NCBI GenBank assembly: GCA_015255025.1
Contig: JABZOY010000001.1
Coordinates: 2,220 to 46,950 of the forward strand
Length of the DNA stretch: 44,731 nt
Direction of reading: 5' to 3'
DNA from: Haemophilus sp.
GTDB taxonomy: Bacteria; Pseudomonadota; Gammaproteobacteria; Enterobacterales; Pasteurellaceae
Below are positions 1-10,477 of this stretch, piece by piece. The notes below the pieces were generated by a model. It was given only the letters and a program-made list of their open reading frames with translations. It was not told the DNA's origin and did no database searches. The translations under genes and the position numbers were made by a program. Numbering within the stretch: position 1 is the first letter of the stretch; every line of letters begins with the position of its first letter.

Positions 1-667
1 CTTTTTGGGTAGTTCTCAACAAAAAAGAGAGAATAGCCTACAGAGAGAGCAATCAAATGCACTTTTTCATGTTCATCAAATAGGAGCAGGTACGCCCGAT
101 CTGAAGATGTTTTGTGGAACATTTTATTATCAAAAACCGTCATTATTAATTGATTCGTTACCAGATTATTTACATCTTTCGCTGCAAAATACACCTGTGC
201 AGCCCTTGGTTTCACTTTTTTTACAAGAAGCCGAGAAACCAGAGCAAGGCACAAAATCCGTGATCGACGCACTATCAAATGTGTTGTTTATTTATATTTT
301 GCGTCATGCACAGCAAATAGGTTTGCTCAATCAAGGCTTATTAGCCGCGTTACAGGATAAAAGGCTGAATCAAGTCCTTGAAAAAATTCTGTTTTCACCT
401 CAATTAGATTGGAATATTGAGCAATTAGCAGAGTTGGCATCGATGTCTCGAGCGACCTTTATGCGGATCTTTCAACAGCAACTCGGGATGCCACCAGGAA
501 AATTTCTCACACAAGTGCGGTTAGAAATGGCGGCTGTTTTATTAAAAAATACACAAAAGACTATTTTAGCGATTGCTCTTGAAGTAGGGTATCAATCAGA
601 AGCACATTTTAGTAAGGCATTTAAAGCAATTTATGGGCTTTCACCGAGCCAATTTCGCAAAATCTAG
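1..667 (+). CDS. AraC-family transcriptional regulator (cupin-type N-domain plus double HTH), 5' end probably outside the window
   Basis: C-terminal AraC signature 'LAELASMSRATFMRIFQQQLG...IALEVGYQSEAHFSKAFK'; frame is open at the window edge. Confidence 0.9.
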   Translation, partial: FLGSSQQKRENSLQREQSNALFHVHQIGAGTPDLKMFCGTFYYQKPSLLIDSLPDYLHLSLQNTPVQPLVSLFLQEAEKPEQGTKSVIDALSNVLFIYILRHAQQIGLLNQGLLAALQDKRLNQVLEKILFSPQLDWNIEQLAELASMSRATFMRIFQQQLGMPPGKFLTQVRLEMAAVLLKNTQKTILAIALEVGYQSEAHFSKAFKAIYGLSPSQFRKI

Positions 668-743
668 CCCATTGTTTAAAACTTACGCTATAATGACCGC
701 ACTTTAGGCGGCTCTGTCGCCTTTAATTTTTTAAGGTATTGTT

Positions 744-2588
744 ATGTTTAATAAAATATTTTCATGGTTTGAAAACCGTTTAAATCCTTATCCGGAAAGC
801 AATCCAACGACGCCTGAAAAAGGCTTGTTCCGTTTTATTTGGTCAAGCATTGATGGCATGAAAGGCTGGATCTTTTTACTCGCGGTATTGACGGTCGGTA
901 CTGGGGTGATGGAAGCCTTACTTTTCCAATTCATGGGCTTATTAGTGGATTGGCTAGGCGCTTATTCACCAACTACACTTTGGCAAGAAAAAGGGCATTT
1001 GCTTGCTGGCATGGCAGCCTTGCTCATTTTCAGTATTGTATGGTCATTTGTGGGCGTGAATGTGCGCTTACAAACGCTACAAGGGGTGTTTCCAATGCGT
1101 TTGCGTTGGAATTTCCACCGGTTAATGCTAGGGCAAAGCTTAAGCTTCTACCAAGATGAATTTGCAGGTCGTGTATCGGCGAAAGTAATGCAAACTGCTC
1201 TTGCGGTGCGTGATACCGTCATGACCATTGCGGATATGCTGGTGTATGTTGCTGTCTATTTTATTACTTCAGGTTTGGTGCTTGCGGCTTTAGATACTTG
1301 GTTTTTAGTGCCGTTTTTCTTGTGGATTGTGGCATTTGTGACTATTTTACGTCTGCTTATTCCTCGTTTAGCCAAAACCGCACAACGACAAGCTGATGCG
1401 CGCTCTCTCATGACGGGTCGTATTACGGATGCTTACTCAAATATTGCAACGGTAAAACTATTTTCACATGATGCGAGAGAAGCCAATTATGCAAAACGTT
1501 CCATGGAAGAATTTATGGTCACCGTGCATGCACAAATGCGTTTGGCGAGTTCATTAGATACCTTAACTTATGCAACCAATATTTTCTTAACGTTAAGCAC
1601 CGCAATTTTAGGCGTGGTGTTATGGCAAAACGGCCAAGTTGGCGTGGGTGCAGTGGCTACTGCAACCGCGATGGCGTTACGTGTAAATGGCCTTTCTCGT
1701 TGGATTATGTGGGAATCAGCTCGTTTATTTGAAAATATCGGGACAGTGAATGATGGTATGGCAACACTAACCAAACCGCATACCATTGTTGATAAGCCAA
1801 ATTGTGTTGCATTAGAAGTAAAACAAGGTGAGATAAAATTTAATAATGTTTCGTTTGCCTACGATCCGAATAAGCCGTTGCTTAACCATTTTAATCTCAC
1901 CATCAAACCTGGTGAAAAAGTGGGCTTAATTGGTCGTTCTGGTGCGGGCAAATCAACCATTGTGAATTTACTTCTACGTTTCTACGAAGCGCAAGAAGGT
2001 TCAATTACCATTGATGGTCAAAATGTTTTAGATGTAAGCCAAGAAAGCCTTCGTAGTCAGATTGGTCTTGTAACACAAGATACCTCGCTTTTACACCGTT
2101 CTGTTCGCGATAACATCATTTATGGTCGCCCAACTGCAACTGATGAAGAAATGATAAATGCAGCTAAACGTGCGGAAGCGGCAGACTTCATCCCTTATCT
2201 CAGCGATGCACAGGGTAGAAAAGGCTATGATGCTCATGTCGGTGAACGTGGGGTGAAACTATCGGGTGGTCAACGCCAACGTATTGCTATTGCTCGTGTC
2301 ATGTTAAAAGATGCGCCAATTTTACTGTTGGATGAAGCGACCAGTGCGCTAGATTCAGAAGTAGAAGTAGCGATCCAAGAAAGTCTTGATAAGATGATGG
2401 AAAATAAAACGGTTATTGCCATTGCTCACCGTTTATCCACTATTGCGGCAATGGATCGTTTAATCGTGTTAGATAAAGGACAAATTGTCGAGCAAGGGAC
2501 TCACGCAGAATTGCTTGAACAAAATGGCCTTTATGCTCGCCTTTGGAAACACCAAAGTGGTGGCTTCTTAAGTGAGCATGCCGAGTAA
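744..2588 (+). CDS. ABC exporter, fused permease/ATPase (MsbA/MdlA-like half transporter)
   Basis: N-terminal TM helices, Walker A GRSGAGKS, LSGGQ signature, LLLDEATS Walker B. Confidence 0.92.
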   Translation: MFNKIFSWFENRLNPYPESNPTTPEKGLFRFIWSSIDGMKGWIFLLAVLTVGTGVMEALLFQFMGLLVDWLGAYSPTTLWQEKGHLLAGMAALLIFSIVWSFVGVNVRLQTLQGVFPMRLRWNFHRLMLGQSLSFYQDEFAGRVSAKVMQTALAVRDTVMTIADMLVYVAVYFITSGLVLAALDTWFLVPFFLWIVAFVTILRLLIPRLAKTAQRQADARSLMTGRITDAYSNIATVKLFSHDAREANYAKRSMEEFMVTVHAQMRLASSLDTLTYATNIFLTLSTAILGVVLWQNGQVGVGAVATATAMALRVNGLSRWIMWESARLFENIGTVNDGMATLTKPHTIVDKPNCVALEVKQGEIKFNNVSFAYDPNKPLLNHFNLTIKPGEKVGLIGRSGAGKSTIVNLLLRFYEAQEGSITIDGQNVLDVSQESLRSQIGLVTQDTSLLHRSVRDNIIYGRPTATDEEMINAAKRAEAADFIPYLSDAQGRKGYDAHVGERGVKLSGGQRQRIAIARVMLKDAPILLLDEATSALDSEVEVAIQESLDKMMENKTVIAIAHRLSTIAAMDRLIVLDKGQIVEQGTHAELLEQNGLYARLWKHQSGGFLSEHAE

Positions 2589-2683
2589 AACACAGGAAAA
2601 AATGACCGCACTTTGCAAAGGCATAAATCTAGAGAAAGTTTAGATAGCGATTGAACTTTTCTCATAATTAGTGCGAATTTCCT

Positions 2684-2712
2684 TTGACTATTTTATTGAC
2701 AACAGGTAATAT
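2684..2712 (+). promoter_or_regulatory. Putative sigma70 promoter of the yceD-rpmF-plsX-fab operon
   Basis: TTGACT (2684-2689), 17 bp spacer, TAATAT (2707-2712). Confidence 0.6.
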
Positions 2713-2721
2713 TCGCACCCT

Positions 2722-3246
2722 ATGCAAAAGGTAAAACTACCCCTAACCGTTGATCCGGTTAAAGACGCTCAACAAAGAATTGATTATGATGGTTATTATA
2801 CCGCTAGTCAGTTAGTGCGTTTAGCTGAATCTACGGGGAAAGTGCTCAGCGATGCACAGGTAACATTATCGTTTTATATTGATCCACAAAAATTAGTGGT
2901 GATGAAAGGGCAAGTACAAGTTGATGTTGAATTAGAGTGTCAACGTTGTGGCGAGCCATTCAAACAAACATTGGAATGTCATTTTATGTATAGTCCAGTG
3001 GCTAATTGGGATCAGGCTGATGACTTGCCGGAAATTTATGAGCCAATCGAATTTAATGAGTTTGGTGAAATAGATTTACTTGGTGCAGTGGAAGACGAAC
3101 TTATTTTAGCTCTACCGCTTGTCCCAATGCATTCATCTGAACACTGTGAAGTGTCCGCGCACGAACAGGTTTTTGGCGAATTGCCTGAAGAATTGGCAAA
3201 AAAACCGAACCCGTTCGCTGTATTAGCTAATTTAAAGCAAAAGTAA
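2722..3246 (+). CDS. yceD: 23S rRNA accumulation protein YceD (DUF177)
   Basis: [12 protein letters not shown] start, CQRC motif, C-terminal KPNPFAVLA; synteny with rpmF. Confidence 0.95.
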   Translation: MQKVKLPLTVDPVKDAQQRIDYDGYYTASQLVRLAESTGKVLSDAQVTLSFYIDPQKLVVMKGQVQVDVELECQRCGEPFKQTLECHFMYSPVANWDQADDLPEIYEPIEFNEFGEIDLLGAVEDELILALPLVPMHSSEHCEVSAHEQVFGELPEELAKKPNPFAVLANLKQK

Positions 3247-3268
3247 ATTAAATTTAGGAGTATAGCCA

Positions 3269-3439
3269 ATGGCTGTTCAACAAAACAAAAAATCTCGTTC
3301 ACGTCGTGATATGCGTCGTTCACACGATGCATTAACTACTGCTGCAGTATCAGTGGATAAAGCAAGCGGTGAAACTCACTTACGCCACCACGTAACTGCT
3401 GACGGTTACTACCGTGGTCGCAAAGTGATCAATAAGTAA
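3269..3439 (+). CDS. rpmF: 50S ribosomal protein L32 (56 aa, absent from the ORF track)
   Basis: Manual translation [63 protein letters not shown]. Confidence 0.98.
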
Positions 3440-3460
3440 TTTCACTTATAAGGTATTCAC

Positions 3461-4480
3461 TTGAACCGTCTAACCTTAGCGTTAGATGTGATGGGCGGGG
3501 ACATTGGTCCCCGTATTACTATCCCCGCATCTCTTTCAGCGTTGGAAGCAGATCCAATGCTCTCTTTAGTGCTGTTTGGCGATAGCCAACAAATTTCCCC
3601 CTTACTGGAAAATGCACCTTCTTCTCTTTTAGAACGTATTCAAATTCATCATTGCACTAAGACTATTGATAACAATCAAGGTATTTCTCATGCATTGCGT
3701 CATAGCAAAGGTACGTCGATGCGTTTAGCTATTGAAATGGTTCAGAAAGGTGAGGCGCAAGGTTGTATCAGCGCAGGAAATACGGGTGCATTAATGGGAT
3801 TGTCAAAGGTTCTCTTACAGCCTTTAGAGGGGATTCAACGCCCAGCGTTGGTATCCTTATTACCGTCGATGACGGGTGATAAAACCGTGATGTTAGATTT
3901 AGGCGCAAACGTAGAATGTTCTGCTCAAAATCTTTATGAATTTGCCATCATGGGCTCGATCTTTGCCGAAAACCGATTGAACTTAGTTTATCCACGTATT
4001 GCCTTACTCAATATTGGTGTGGAAGAAATTAAAGGGCATCAATCCATTCGTGAAGCTGCGAATTTATTAGAAAAATCGACCGCACTTAATTATACCGGCT
4101 TTATTGAAGGTAACTTTTTATTAAATGGCGAGGCTGATGTGATCGTGAGTGATGGGTTTTCGGGAAATATTGCATTAAAAACCCTTGAAGGGGCGGCTAA
4201 AAATCTGTTATCTCTTCTGAAAGGAAAAGAAAAACAGCCTATTTTTAAATCGCTTGCCAAATTTATTCTGCGTTTTTTCTTTAAAGATGCTTATCATCGC
4301 TTGAAACGCATTAACCCTGATGAATATAATGGGGCGTCTTTACTCGGATTAACGGCTGTTGTGGTGAAAAGCCATGGCAGTGCAAATGTGGATGCATTTG
4401 CTCGTGCAATTGCGGATGCAGCTTTGCAAGCGCGTTTGCAAATTCCACAAAAAATCTTGGCGGGTTTACAACGTTATTAA
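3461..4480 (+). CDS. plsX: Phosphate acyltransferase PlsX (TTG start)
   Basis: LALDVMGGD, SAGNTGA, KSHG motifs; synteny. Confidence 0.96.
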   Translation: MNRLTLALDVMGGDIGPRITIPASLSALEADPMLSLVLFGDSQQISPLLENAPSSLLERIQIHHCTKTIDNNQGISHALRHSKGTSMRLAIEMVQKGEAQGCISAGNTGALMGLSKVLLQPLEGIQRPALVSLLPSMTGDKTVMLDLGANVECSAQNLYEFAIMGSIFAENRLNLVYPRIALLNIGVEEIKGHQSIREAANLLEKSTALNYTGFIEGNFLLNGEADVIVSDGFSGNIALKTLEGAAKNLLSLLKGKEKQPIFKSLAKFILRFFFKDAYHRLKRINPDEYNGASLLGLTAVVVKSHGSANVDAFARAIADAALQARLQIPQKILAGLQRY

Positions 4481-4498
4481 TTAATAAGTTTTGATATT

Positions 4499-5449
4499 AT
4501 GAATAGTAGAATTTTATCCACCGGTAGCTATTTGCCGAGCCATATTCGTACCAATGCGGATTTGGAAAAAATGGTTGATACTTCAGATGAATGGATCGTG
4601 ACTCGTTCAGGCATTCGTGAACGTCGTATTGCAGCAGCAGATGAAACTGTTGCAACAATGGGATATGAAGCAGCCAAAAATGCACTTGAAATGGCCAACC
4701 TTGATCCTCAAGAAATTGAGTTGATCATCGTTGCGACAACCAGTGGTTCTCATGCTTATCCAAGTTCAGCTTGCCAAGTTCAAGGTTTATTAGGCATCGA
4801 AGACGCGATTTCTTTTGACTTAGCGGCGGCTTGTACCGGTTTTGTTTATGCTTTAGGCGTAGCGGATAAATTTATTCGTTCAGGCAGCGTGAAAAAAGCC
4901 CTTGTGATTGGTGCAGATCTTAACTCGCGTAAATTAGATGAAACCGATCGTAGCACTGTCGTGTTATTTGGTGATGGTGCGGGTGCTGTGATCTTAGAAG
5001 CATCAGAGCAAGAAGGCATTATTTCCACGCATTTACATGCATCGCCAGATAACAATGCGGCATTACAGCTTCCACAAGCTGAGCGTGGCGTGGAGAAATC
5101 TGGCTATATTGAAATGCAAGGTAATGAAACCTTTAAATTAGCGGTACGTGAGCTTTCTAATGTGGTGGAAGAAACCCTTTCTGCTAATAATCTCCAAAAA
5201 ACAGATATCGACTGGCTTGTGCCACATCAAGCGAATTTACGTATTATCACCGCGACAGCGAAAAAATTAGAGATGGATATGTCGCAAGTCGTGGTAACGC
5301 TTGATCGTACAGCTAATACCAGTGCAGCGACTGTGCCAACGGCTTTAGATGAAGCGGTACGTGATGGTCGAATTCAACGCGGTCAATTGCTTTTACTCGA
5401 AGCTTTTGGCGGTGGTTGGACTTGGGGTTCAGCATTGGTGCGATTCTAA
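4499..5449 (+). CDS. fabH: Beta-ketoacyl-ACP synthase III
   Basis: AACTGF catalytic Cys, PHQAN, NTSAA. Confidence 0.97.
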   Translation: MNSRILSTGSYLPSHIRTNADLEKMVDTSDEWIVTRSGIRERRIAAADETVATMGYEAAKNALEMANLDPQEIELIIVATTSGSHAYPSSACQVQGLLGIEDAISFDLAAACTGFVYALGVADKFIRSGSVKKALVIGADLNSRKLDETDRSTVVLFGDGAGAVILEASEQEGIISTHLHASPDNNAALQLPQAERGVEKSGYIEMQGNETFKLAVRELSNVVEETLSANNLQKTDIDWLVPHQANLRIITATAKKLEMDMSQVVVTLDRTANTSAATVPTALDEAVRDGRIQRGQLLLLEAFGGGWTWGSALVRF

Positions 5450-5541
5450 TTAATTTGTTAGAATCCCGACAGAATTTTAAAAGTGCGGTTAAATTTGACC
5501 GCACTTTCAACATTTAAACGATGAAGAAATAGGAAGAAAAC

Positions 5542-6480
5542 ATGAAAAAATTCGCAATGGTTTTTCCAGGACAAGGTTCTCAAGCTGTTGGCATGTTAGC
5601 TGATCTTGCTAACGAATATCCGGTAGTCACTGAGACTTTTAAACAAGCATCTGAAGCGCTTGGCTATGATTTATGGAACTTGGTTCAACAAGGGCCAGCA
5701 GAAGAATTAAATAAAACTTGGCAAACTCAGCCGGCATTATTAGCGGCATCCGTTGCGATCTTCCGTGTATGGCAAGAAAAATACCCACAATTGCAACCAA
5801 GTGTGATGGCTGGTCACAGTTTAGGTGAATATTCAGCATTAGTTTGTGCAGGTGTCATTGATTTTAAAGATGCGATTAAATTAGTGGAATTACGCGGTAA
5901 ATTAATGCAACAAGCAGTACCAGAAGGTACTGGTGCAATGTATGCGATTATTGGCTTAGATAATGAAGCGATTATCAATGCATGTAAACAAGCCGAGCAA
6001 GGCGAAGTGGTATCTGCGGTAAACTTTAACTCACCAGGTCAAGTAGTCATTGCTGGAGCGAAAGAAGCGGTAGAACGTGCAGCAGCATTATGTAAAGAAG
6101 CGGGTGCAAAACGTGCTTTACCATTAGCGGTAAGCGTGCCTTCACATTGTGCATTAATGAAACCAGCAGCAGAACAATTGGCCGTAACACTTGAAGGCAT
6201 TACGCTTAATGCGCCAGCAACACCAGTATTAAACAACGTGGATGTCAAAGCGGAAACAGAAAGTGCAGAAATTCGTACCGCACTTATTCGTCAGTTATAT
6301 AGCCCAGTTCGTTGGACTGAAACCGTTGAGAAAATGGCGCAAGATGGCGTAGAAGTTTTAGTTGAAATCGGCCCAGGTAAAGTATTAAACGGTTTAACAA
6401 AACGTATCGTGGCAGAATTACAAGCAACATCAGTAAATGATGCAGCATCATTAGATGCTGTTGAAGCATTATTAGCATAA
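5542..6480 (+). CDS. fabD: Malonyl-CoA-ACP transacylase
   Basis: FPGQGSQ, GHSLGE motifs. Confidence 0.97.
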   Translation: MKKFAMVFPGQGSQAVGMLADLANEYPVVTETFKQASEALGYDLWNLVQQGPAEELNKTWQTQPALLAASVAIFRVWQEKYPQLQPSVMAGHSLGEYSALVCAGVIDFKDAIKLVELRGKLMQQAVPEGTGAMYAIIGLDNEAIINACKQAEQGEVVSAVNFNSPGQVVIAGAKEAVERAAALCKEAGAKRALPLAVSVPSHCALMKPAAEQLAVTLEGITLNAPATPVLNNVDVKAETESAEIRTALIRQLYSPVRWTETVEKMAQDGVEVLVEIGPGKVLNGLTKRIVAELQATSVNDAASLDAVEALLA

Positions 6481-6493
6481 AAGGGGATTAAAA

Positions 6494-7222
6494 ATGCAAA
6501 ATAAAATCGCATTAGTAACAGGTGCAACACGTGGTATTGGCCGCGCAATTGCAGAAGAATTAGCATCAAAAGGTGCATTTGTAATTGGTACCGCAACCTC
6601 TGAAAAAGGTGCAGATACAATTTCAGCTTATCTTGGTGATAAAGGTAAAGGTTTAGTATTAAATGTGGCAGACAAAGAAAGTATTGATGCCGTATTAGAA
6701 CAAATTAAAGAGCAATTTGGTGATATTGATATCCTCGTGAATAACGCAGGTATCACACGCGATAACTTATTAATGCGTATGAAAGATGAAGAATGGTTCG
6801 ATATTATGCAAACCAATTTAACCTCTGTATTCCATCTTTCTAAAGCAATGTTACGCTCCATGATGAAAAAACGTTTTGGTCGTATCATTACTATCGGTTC
6901 AGTGGTTGGCTCAATGGGTAATCCGGGTCAATCTAACTATTGTGCAGCAAAAGCCGGCTTAATTGGTTTTTCTAAAGGTTTAGCGAAAGAAGTGGCATCA
7001 CGTGGTATTACTGTAAATGTTGTAGCACCAGGCTTTATCGCAACAGATATGACAGAAGTGCTTACTGAAGAACAAAAAGCAGGTATTCTTGGTAATGTAC
7101 CGGCAGGCCGTTTAGGTGAACCAAAAGATATCGCAAAAGCGGTAGCGTTTTTAGCTTCTGACGATGCGGCTTATATTACGGGTACTACATTGCATGTAAA
7201 TGGCGGATTATATATGAGCTAA
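6494..7222 (+). CDS. fabG: 3-oxoacyl-ACP reductase
   Basis: TGATRGIG, NNAGITRD, YCAAK SDR motifs. Confidence 0.97.
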   Translation: MQNKIALVTGATRGIGRAIAEELASKGAFVIGTATSEKGADTISAYLGDKGKGLVLNVADKESIDAVLEQIKEQFGDIDILVNNAGITRDNLLMRMKDEEWFDIMQTNLTSVFHLSKAMLRSMMKKRFGRIITIGSVVGSMGNPGQSNYCAAKAGLIGFSKGLAKEVASRGITVNVVAPGFIATDMTEVLTEEQKAGILGNVPAGRLGEPKDIAKAVAFLASDDAAYITGTTLHVNGGLYMS

Positions 7223-7345
7223 CCCTTTAGGGGATATATATCTGGGATTTTGTCTATAAAATATAGCAAAGCAGTTTAGTTAATGATAAAATCCCAACCG
7301 CAATGTAACTTTTTCTCTGTATGTGTTTTTACATTGCCTATTTTT

Positions 7346-7399
7346 TTGTGGTGCGACCACCTAAGAAATAGTTGCAACTTTATCAAAAATGCATACACT
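7346..7399 (+). promoter_or_regulatory. Putative acpP promoter with upstream FadR-like box
   Basis: ttgTGGTgcGACCAcct (7346-7362) resembles the FadR consensus AACTGGTCnGACCAGTT; TTGCAA (7372-7377) ... TACACT (7394-7399). Confidence 0.55.
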
Positions 7400-7440
7400 A
7401 ACCGCTCTTAAATGAGTTAAAACAACAATAGGAAAAACAA

Positions 7441-7671
7441 ATGAGTATTGAAGAACGCGTGAAAAAAATCATCGTTGAACAATTAGGTGTTAAAGAAGAA
7501 GACGTAAAACCAGAAGCTTCTTTCGTTGAAGATTTAGGTGCGGATTCTTTAGATACAGTTGAATTAGTAATGGCTTTAGAAGAAGAATTCGATATCGAAA
7601 TTCCTGATGAAGAAGCTGAAAAAATCACAACTGTTCAATCTGCGATTGACTACGTTCAAAACAATCAGTAA
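7441..7671 (+). CDS. acpP: Acyl carrier protein
   Basis: DLGADSLD phosphopantetheine site. Confidence 0.98.
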   Translation: MSIEERVKKIIVEQLGVKEEDVKPEASFVEDLGADSLDTVELVMALEEEFDIEIPDEEAEKITTVQSAIDYVQNNQ

Positions 7672-7679
7672 TTTTTAAG

Positions 7680-7711
7680 TTGGGCGATCTTTTAGGTCGC
7701 CTAATTTTTTT
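7680..7711 (+). terminator. Rho-independent terminator after acpP
   Basis: ttgggcgatc-tttt-aggtcgcctaa hairpin followed by a T run. Confidence 0.75.
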
Positions 7712-7840
7712 CTTTAAATTTCTTCTCTAAATTCTTTATTTTCAAATAAAAAAGATATCTCTAAATTTTTAAATTTCTGACCGCACTTTCCTTTTTTAAT
7801 CTTTCTCAGATTTGCTTTTATTATTAAGTCCCTTTATTTT

Positions 7841-7854
7841 TTGATTTAAAACAA
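7841..7854. promoter_or_regulatory. FNR-like box upstream of dcuB
   Basis: TTGATttaaAACAA, 1 mismatch to TTGAT-N4-ATCAA; TATTAT at 7874-7879 could be the -10. Confidence 0.5.
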
Positions 7855-7949
7855 GATTTACCTTAAAAGTACTTATTATGAGTTAATTTTGATGCTAGTA
7901 TTCGATCAAAATTTTTTCTAATTAACCATAAAATGATTCGGAGTATCTT

Positions 7950-9617
7950 ATGGATTTTCTAATGAACCTAGGTGAAGGTAGCCAGTTTGCGATTCAGCTT
8001 GTTATTGTTCTTATCTGTTTGTTTTACGGGGCAAAAAAAGGTGGTATCGCACTGGGTATGCTCGGTGGAGTAGGCTTAATTGTTCTTGTTTTCGGCTTTG
8101 GTATTGAACCAGGTAAGCCAGCTATCGATGTTATGTTAACCATCCTTGCGGTGGTGGTGACATCGGCAACATTACAAGCCAGTGGTGGTTTAGATGTCAT
8201 GTTACAAATCGCGGAGAAAATGCTTCGTCGTAACCCGAAATATGTCAGTATTTTGGCACCATTTGTAACTTGTTTCTTAACTATTTTATGTGGTACAGGT
8301 CACGTGGTTTATACCATGTTGCCAATCATCTATGATATCGCGATCAAAAATGATATTCGTCCTGAACGTCCAATGGCGGCAAGTTCAATTGCCTCTCAAA
8401 TGGGTATCATCGCGTCACCAGTTTCTGTGGCAGTCGTGACTTTAACCACATTCTTAGTGAATGCTAAAACCCCATTAGCAGGTTTTGATGGCTATTTAGA
8501 TTTATTAAAAATTACTGTGCCTTCAACCCTTTGCGGTGTATTAGCTATCGGTATTTTCAGCTGGTTCCGTGGTAAAGATTTAGATAAAGACCCAGAATTC
8601 CAAGAGAAATTAAAAGATCCAGAATTCAAAAAATATGTTTATGGTGATAGCACATCATTGTTAGACAAAAAATTACCACAATCTAGCTGGAACGCGATGT
8701 GGATCTTCTTTGGTGCAATTTTAGTGGTAGCAGTATTAGGTTACTTTAAAGAGTTACGCCCAGCCTTTGAAAAATCAGCACCTGCTCAAGTGGTTGAAAT
8801 CGTTTCTGCTGATAAAGCTGTGAAAACCTTTAATGTTAAAGACGGTAAAATCGTTGCGTTAGCAAAAGACGGTACATTGGTACTTGATGTTAAAGACAGC
8901 AAAGCGAAAGCTCAAACGGCCTATAACAACGTTGCGATTTATAACGATAAAGGTGAAGTGGCTCAAACAATTACCGCTCAAGATAACAGTGTTGTGATCA
9001 CAGCGGGAGATAAAACTGAAACGATTGATAACGCTGCAATCGTATTAAAAGATACCGCGAAGAAAAAAGTGAATTTAAGTATGGTTCACGTTATTCAAAT
9101 TTTCATGTTATCAGCGGGTGCATTAATTGTTATCTTTACCAAAACTGATGTAGGCAAAATCAGTAAAAATGAAATTTTCCGTTCAGGTATGATCGCGTTA
9201 GTGGCTGTATTCGGGATTTCTTGGATGGCAGAAACCATGTTTACTGTTCACACACCAATGATGAAAGCAGCACTTGGTGATGTGGTAAAAGCACATCCTT
9301 GGACTTACGCTGTGATGTTATTATTAATTTCTAAATTCGTAAACTCACAAGCGGCAGCATTGGTTGCATTCGTTCCACTAGCTTTAGGTATCGGTGTTGA
9401 TCCAGCTGTTATCTTAGCCTTTGCTTCAGCTTGTTACGGTTACTACATTTTACCAACTTACCCGAGCGACCTTGCGGCAATCCAATTCGACCGTTCAGGT
9501 ACAACCCACATCGGTAAGTTTGTCATTAACCACAGCTTTATTTTACCGGGCTTAATCGGTGTAATCACTTCATGTATCTTTGGTTACATTTTCACAAGCT
9601 TGTTTGGTTATCTATAA
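7950..9617 (+). CDS. dcuB: Anaerobic C4-dicarboxylate transporter, DcuA/DcuB family (DcuB-like), with a ~100 aa insertion
   Basis: [47 protein letters not shown] motifs. Confidence 0.9.
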   Translation: MDFLMNLGEGSQFAIQLVIVLICLFYGAKKGGIALGMLGGVGLIVLVFGFGIEPGKPAIDVMLTILAVVVTSATLQASGGLDVMLQIAEKMLRRNPKYVSILAPFVTCFLTILCGTGHVVYTMLPIIYDIAIKNDIRPERPMAASSIASQMGIIASPVSVAVVTLTTFLVNAKTPLAGFDGYLDLLKITVPSTLCGVLAIGIFSWFRGKDLDKDPEFQEKLKDPEFKKYVYGDSTSLLDKKLPQSSWNAMWIFFGAILVVAVLGYFKELRPAFEKSAPAQVVEIVSADKAVKTFNVKDGKIVALAKDGTLVLDVKDSKAKAQTAYNNVAIYNDKGEVAQTITAQDNSVVITAGDKTETIDNAAIVLKDTAKKKVNLSMVHVIQIFMLSAGALIVIFTKTDVGKISKNEIFRSGMIALVAVFGISWMAETMFTVHTPMMKAALGDVVKAHPWTYAVMLLLISKFVNSQAAALVAFVPLALGIGVDPAVILAFASACYGYYILPTYPSDLAAIQFDRSGTTHIGKFVINHSFILPGLIGVITSCIFGYIFTSLFGYL

Positions 9618-9634
9618 TAACTAACAGATAAAAG

Positions 9635-9664
9635 AAAAGGCTATTCGTTTGAATAGCCTTTTTT
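9635..9664 (+). terminator. Rho-independent terminator after dcuB
   Basis: aaaaggctattc-gttt-gaatagcctttttt. Confidence 0.85.
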
Positions 9665-9925
9665 GTTTGTAAAGTGCGGTTAAATTTTAGGATGTTTTAT
9701 CTCAATGCTACATTTGACTTTATCATTCATAAACATTCCTAAAACTGACCGCACTTTTGCTCTTCTTAAAATAAATTCCTGCTAAAGGTTGAAACATAGG
9801 GGGATTTATTGCGATAATCCTCATTATTTTTTGGGTGATCTTTCGGGCTACCATTTTTTCAGGTGGCCAGTTTTTATTAGGAAAGATTAAATTGAACATT
9901 ATTTAAGTAAGTTAGAAGAATAACA

Positions 9926-10468
9926 ATGGCTGAAAAACGTAATATTTTTTTAGTAGGTCCAATGGGCGCAGGTAAAAGCACCATTGGCCGTCAGCTTGCG
10001 CAACAATTGAATATGGACTTTGTCGATTCAGATGCAGTAATTGAGGAACGTGCGGGAGCAGACATTAGCTGGATTTTTGATTTAGAAGGCGAAGAAGGTT
10101 TTCGTAAGCGTGAAGAGCGAATTATCAATGAATTAACCCAATTACAAGGCGTTGTGCTTTCCACTGGTGGGGGAGCAGTGATGTCAAAAGAGAATCGTAA
10201 TTATCTTTCTGCTCGTGGTATTGTGATTTATTTAGAAACCTCAGTAGATAAACAATATCAACGTACGCAACGTGATAAAAAACGTCCTTTATTACAAGGA
10301 ACGGATAACCCGCGCCAAGTGTTGGAAGACTTAGCCAAAGTACGCAATCCGTTATACGAAGAAATTGCAGATATTACTTTGCCAACAGATGAGCAAAATG
10401 CCAAAGTAATGGTTAATCAAATTGTTGATTTAATTGATAATCTAAACGGCTTAAACGGTTCACTCTAA
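9926..10468 (+). CDS. aroK: Shikimate kinase I
   Basis: [10 protein letters not shown]-loop, STGGGAV. Confidence 0.97.
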   Translation: MAEKRNIFLVGPMGAGKSTIGRQLAQQLNMDFVDSDAVIEERAGADISWIFDLEGEEGFRKREERIINELTQLQGVVLSTGGGAVMSKENRNYLSARGIVIYLETSVDKQYQRTQRDKKRPLLQGTDNPRQVLEDLAKVRNPLYEEIADITLPTDEQNAKVMVNQIVDLIDNLNGLNGSL

Positions 10469-10477
10469 GGATTAAAA

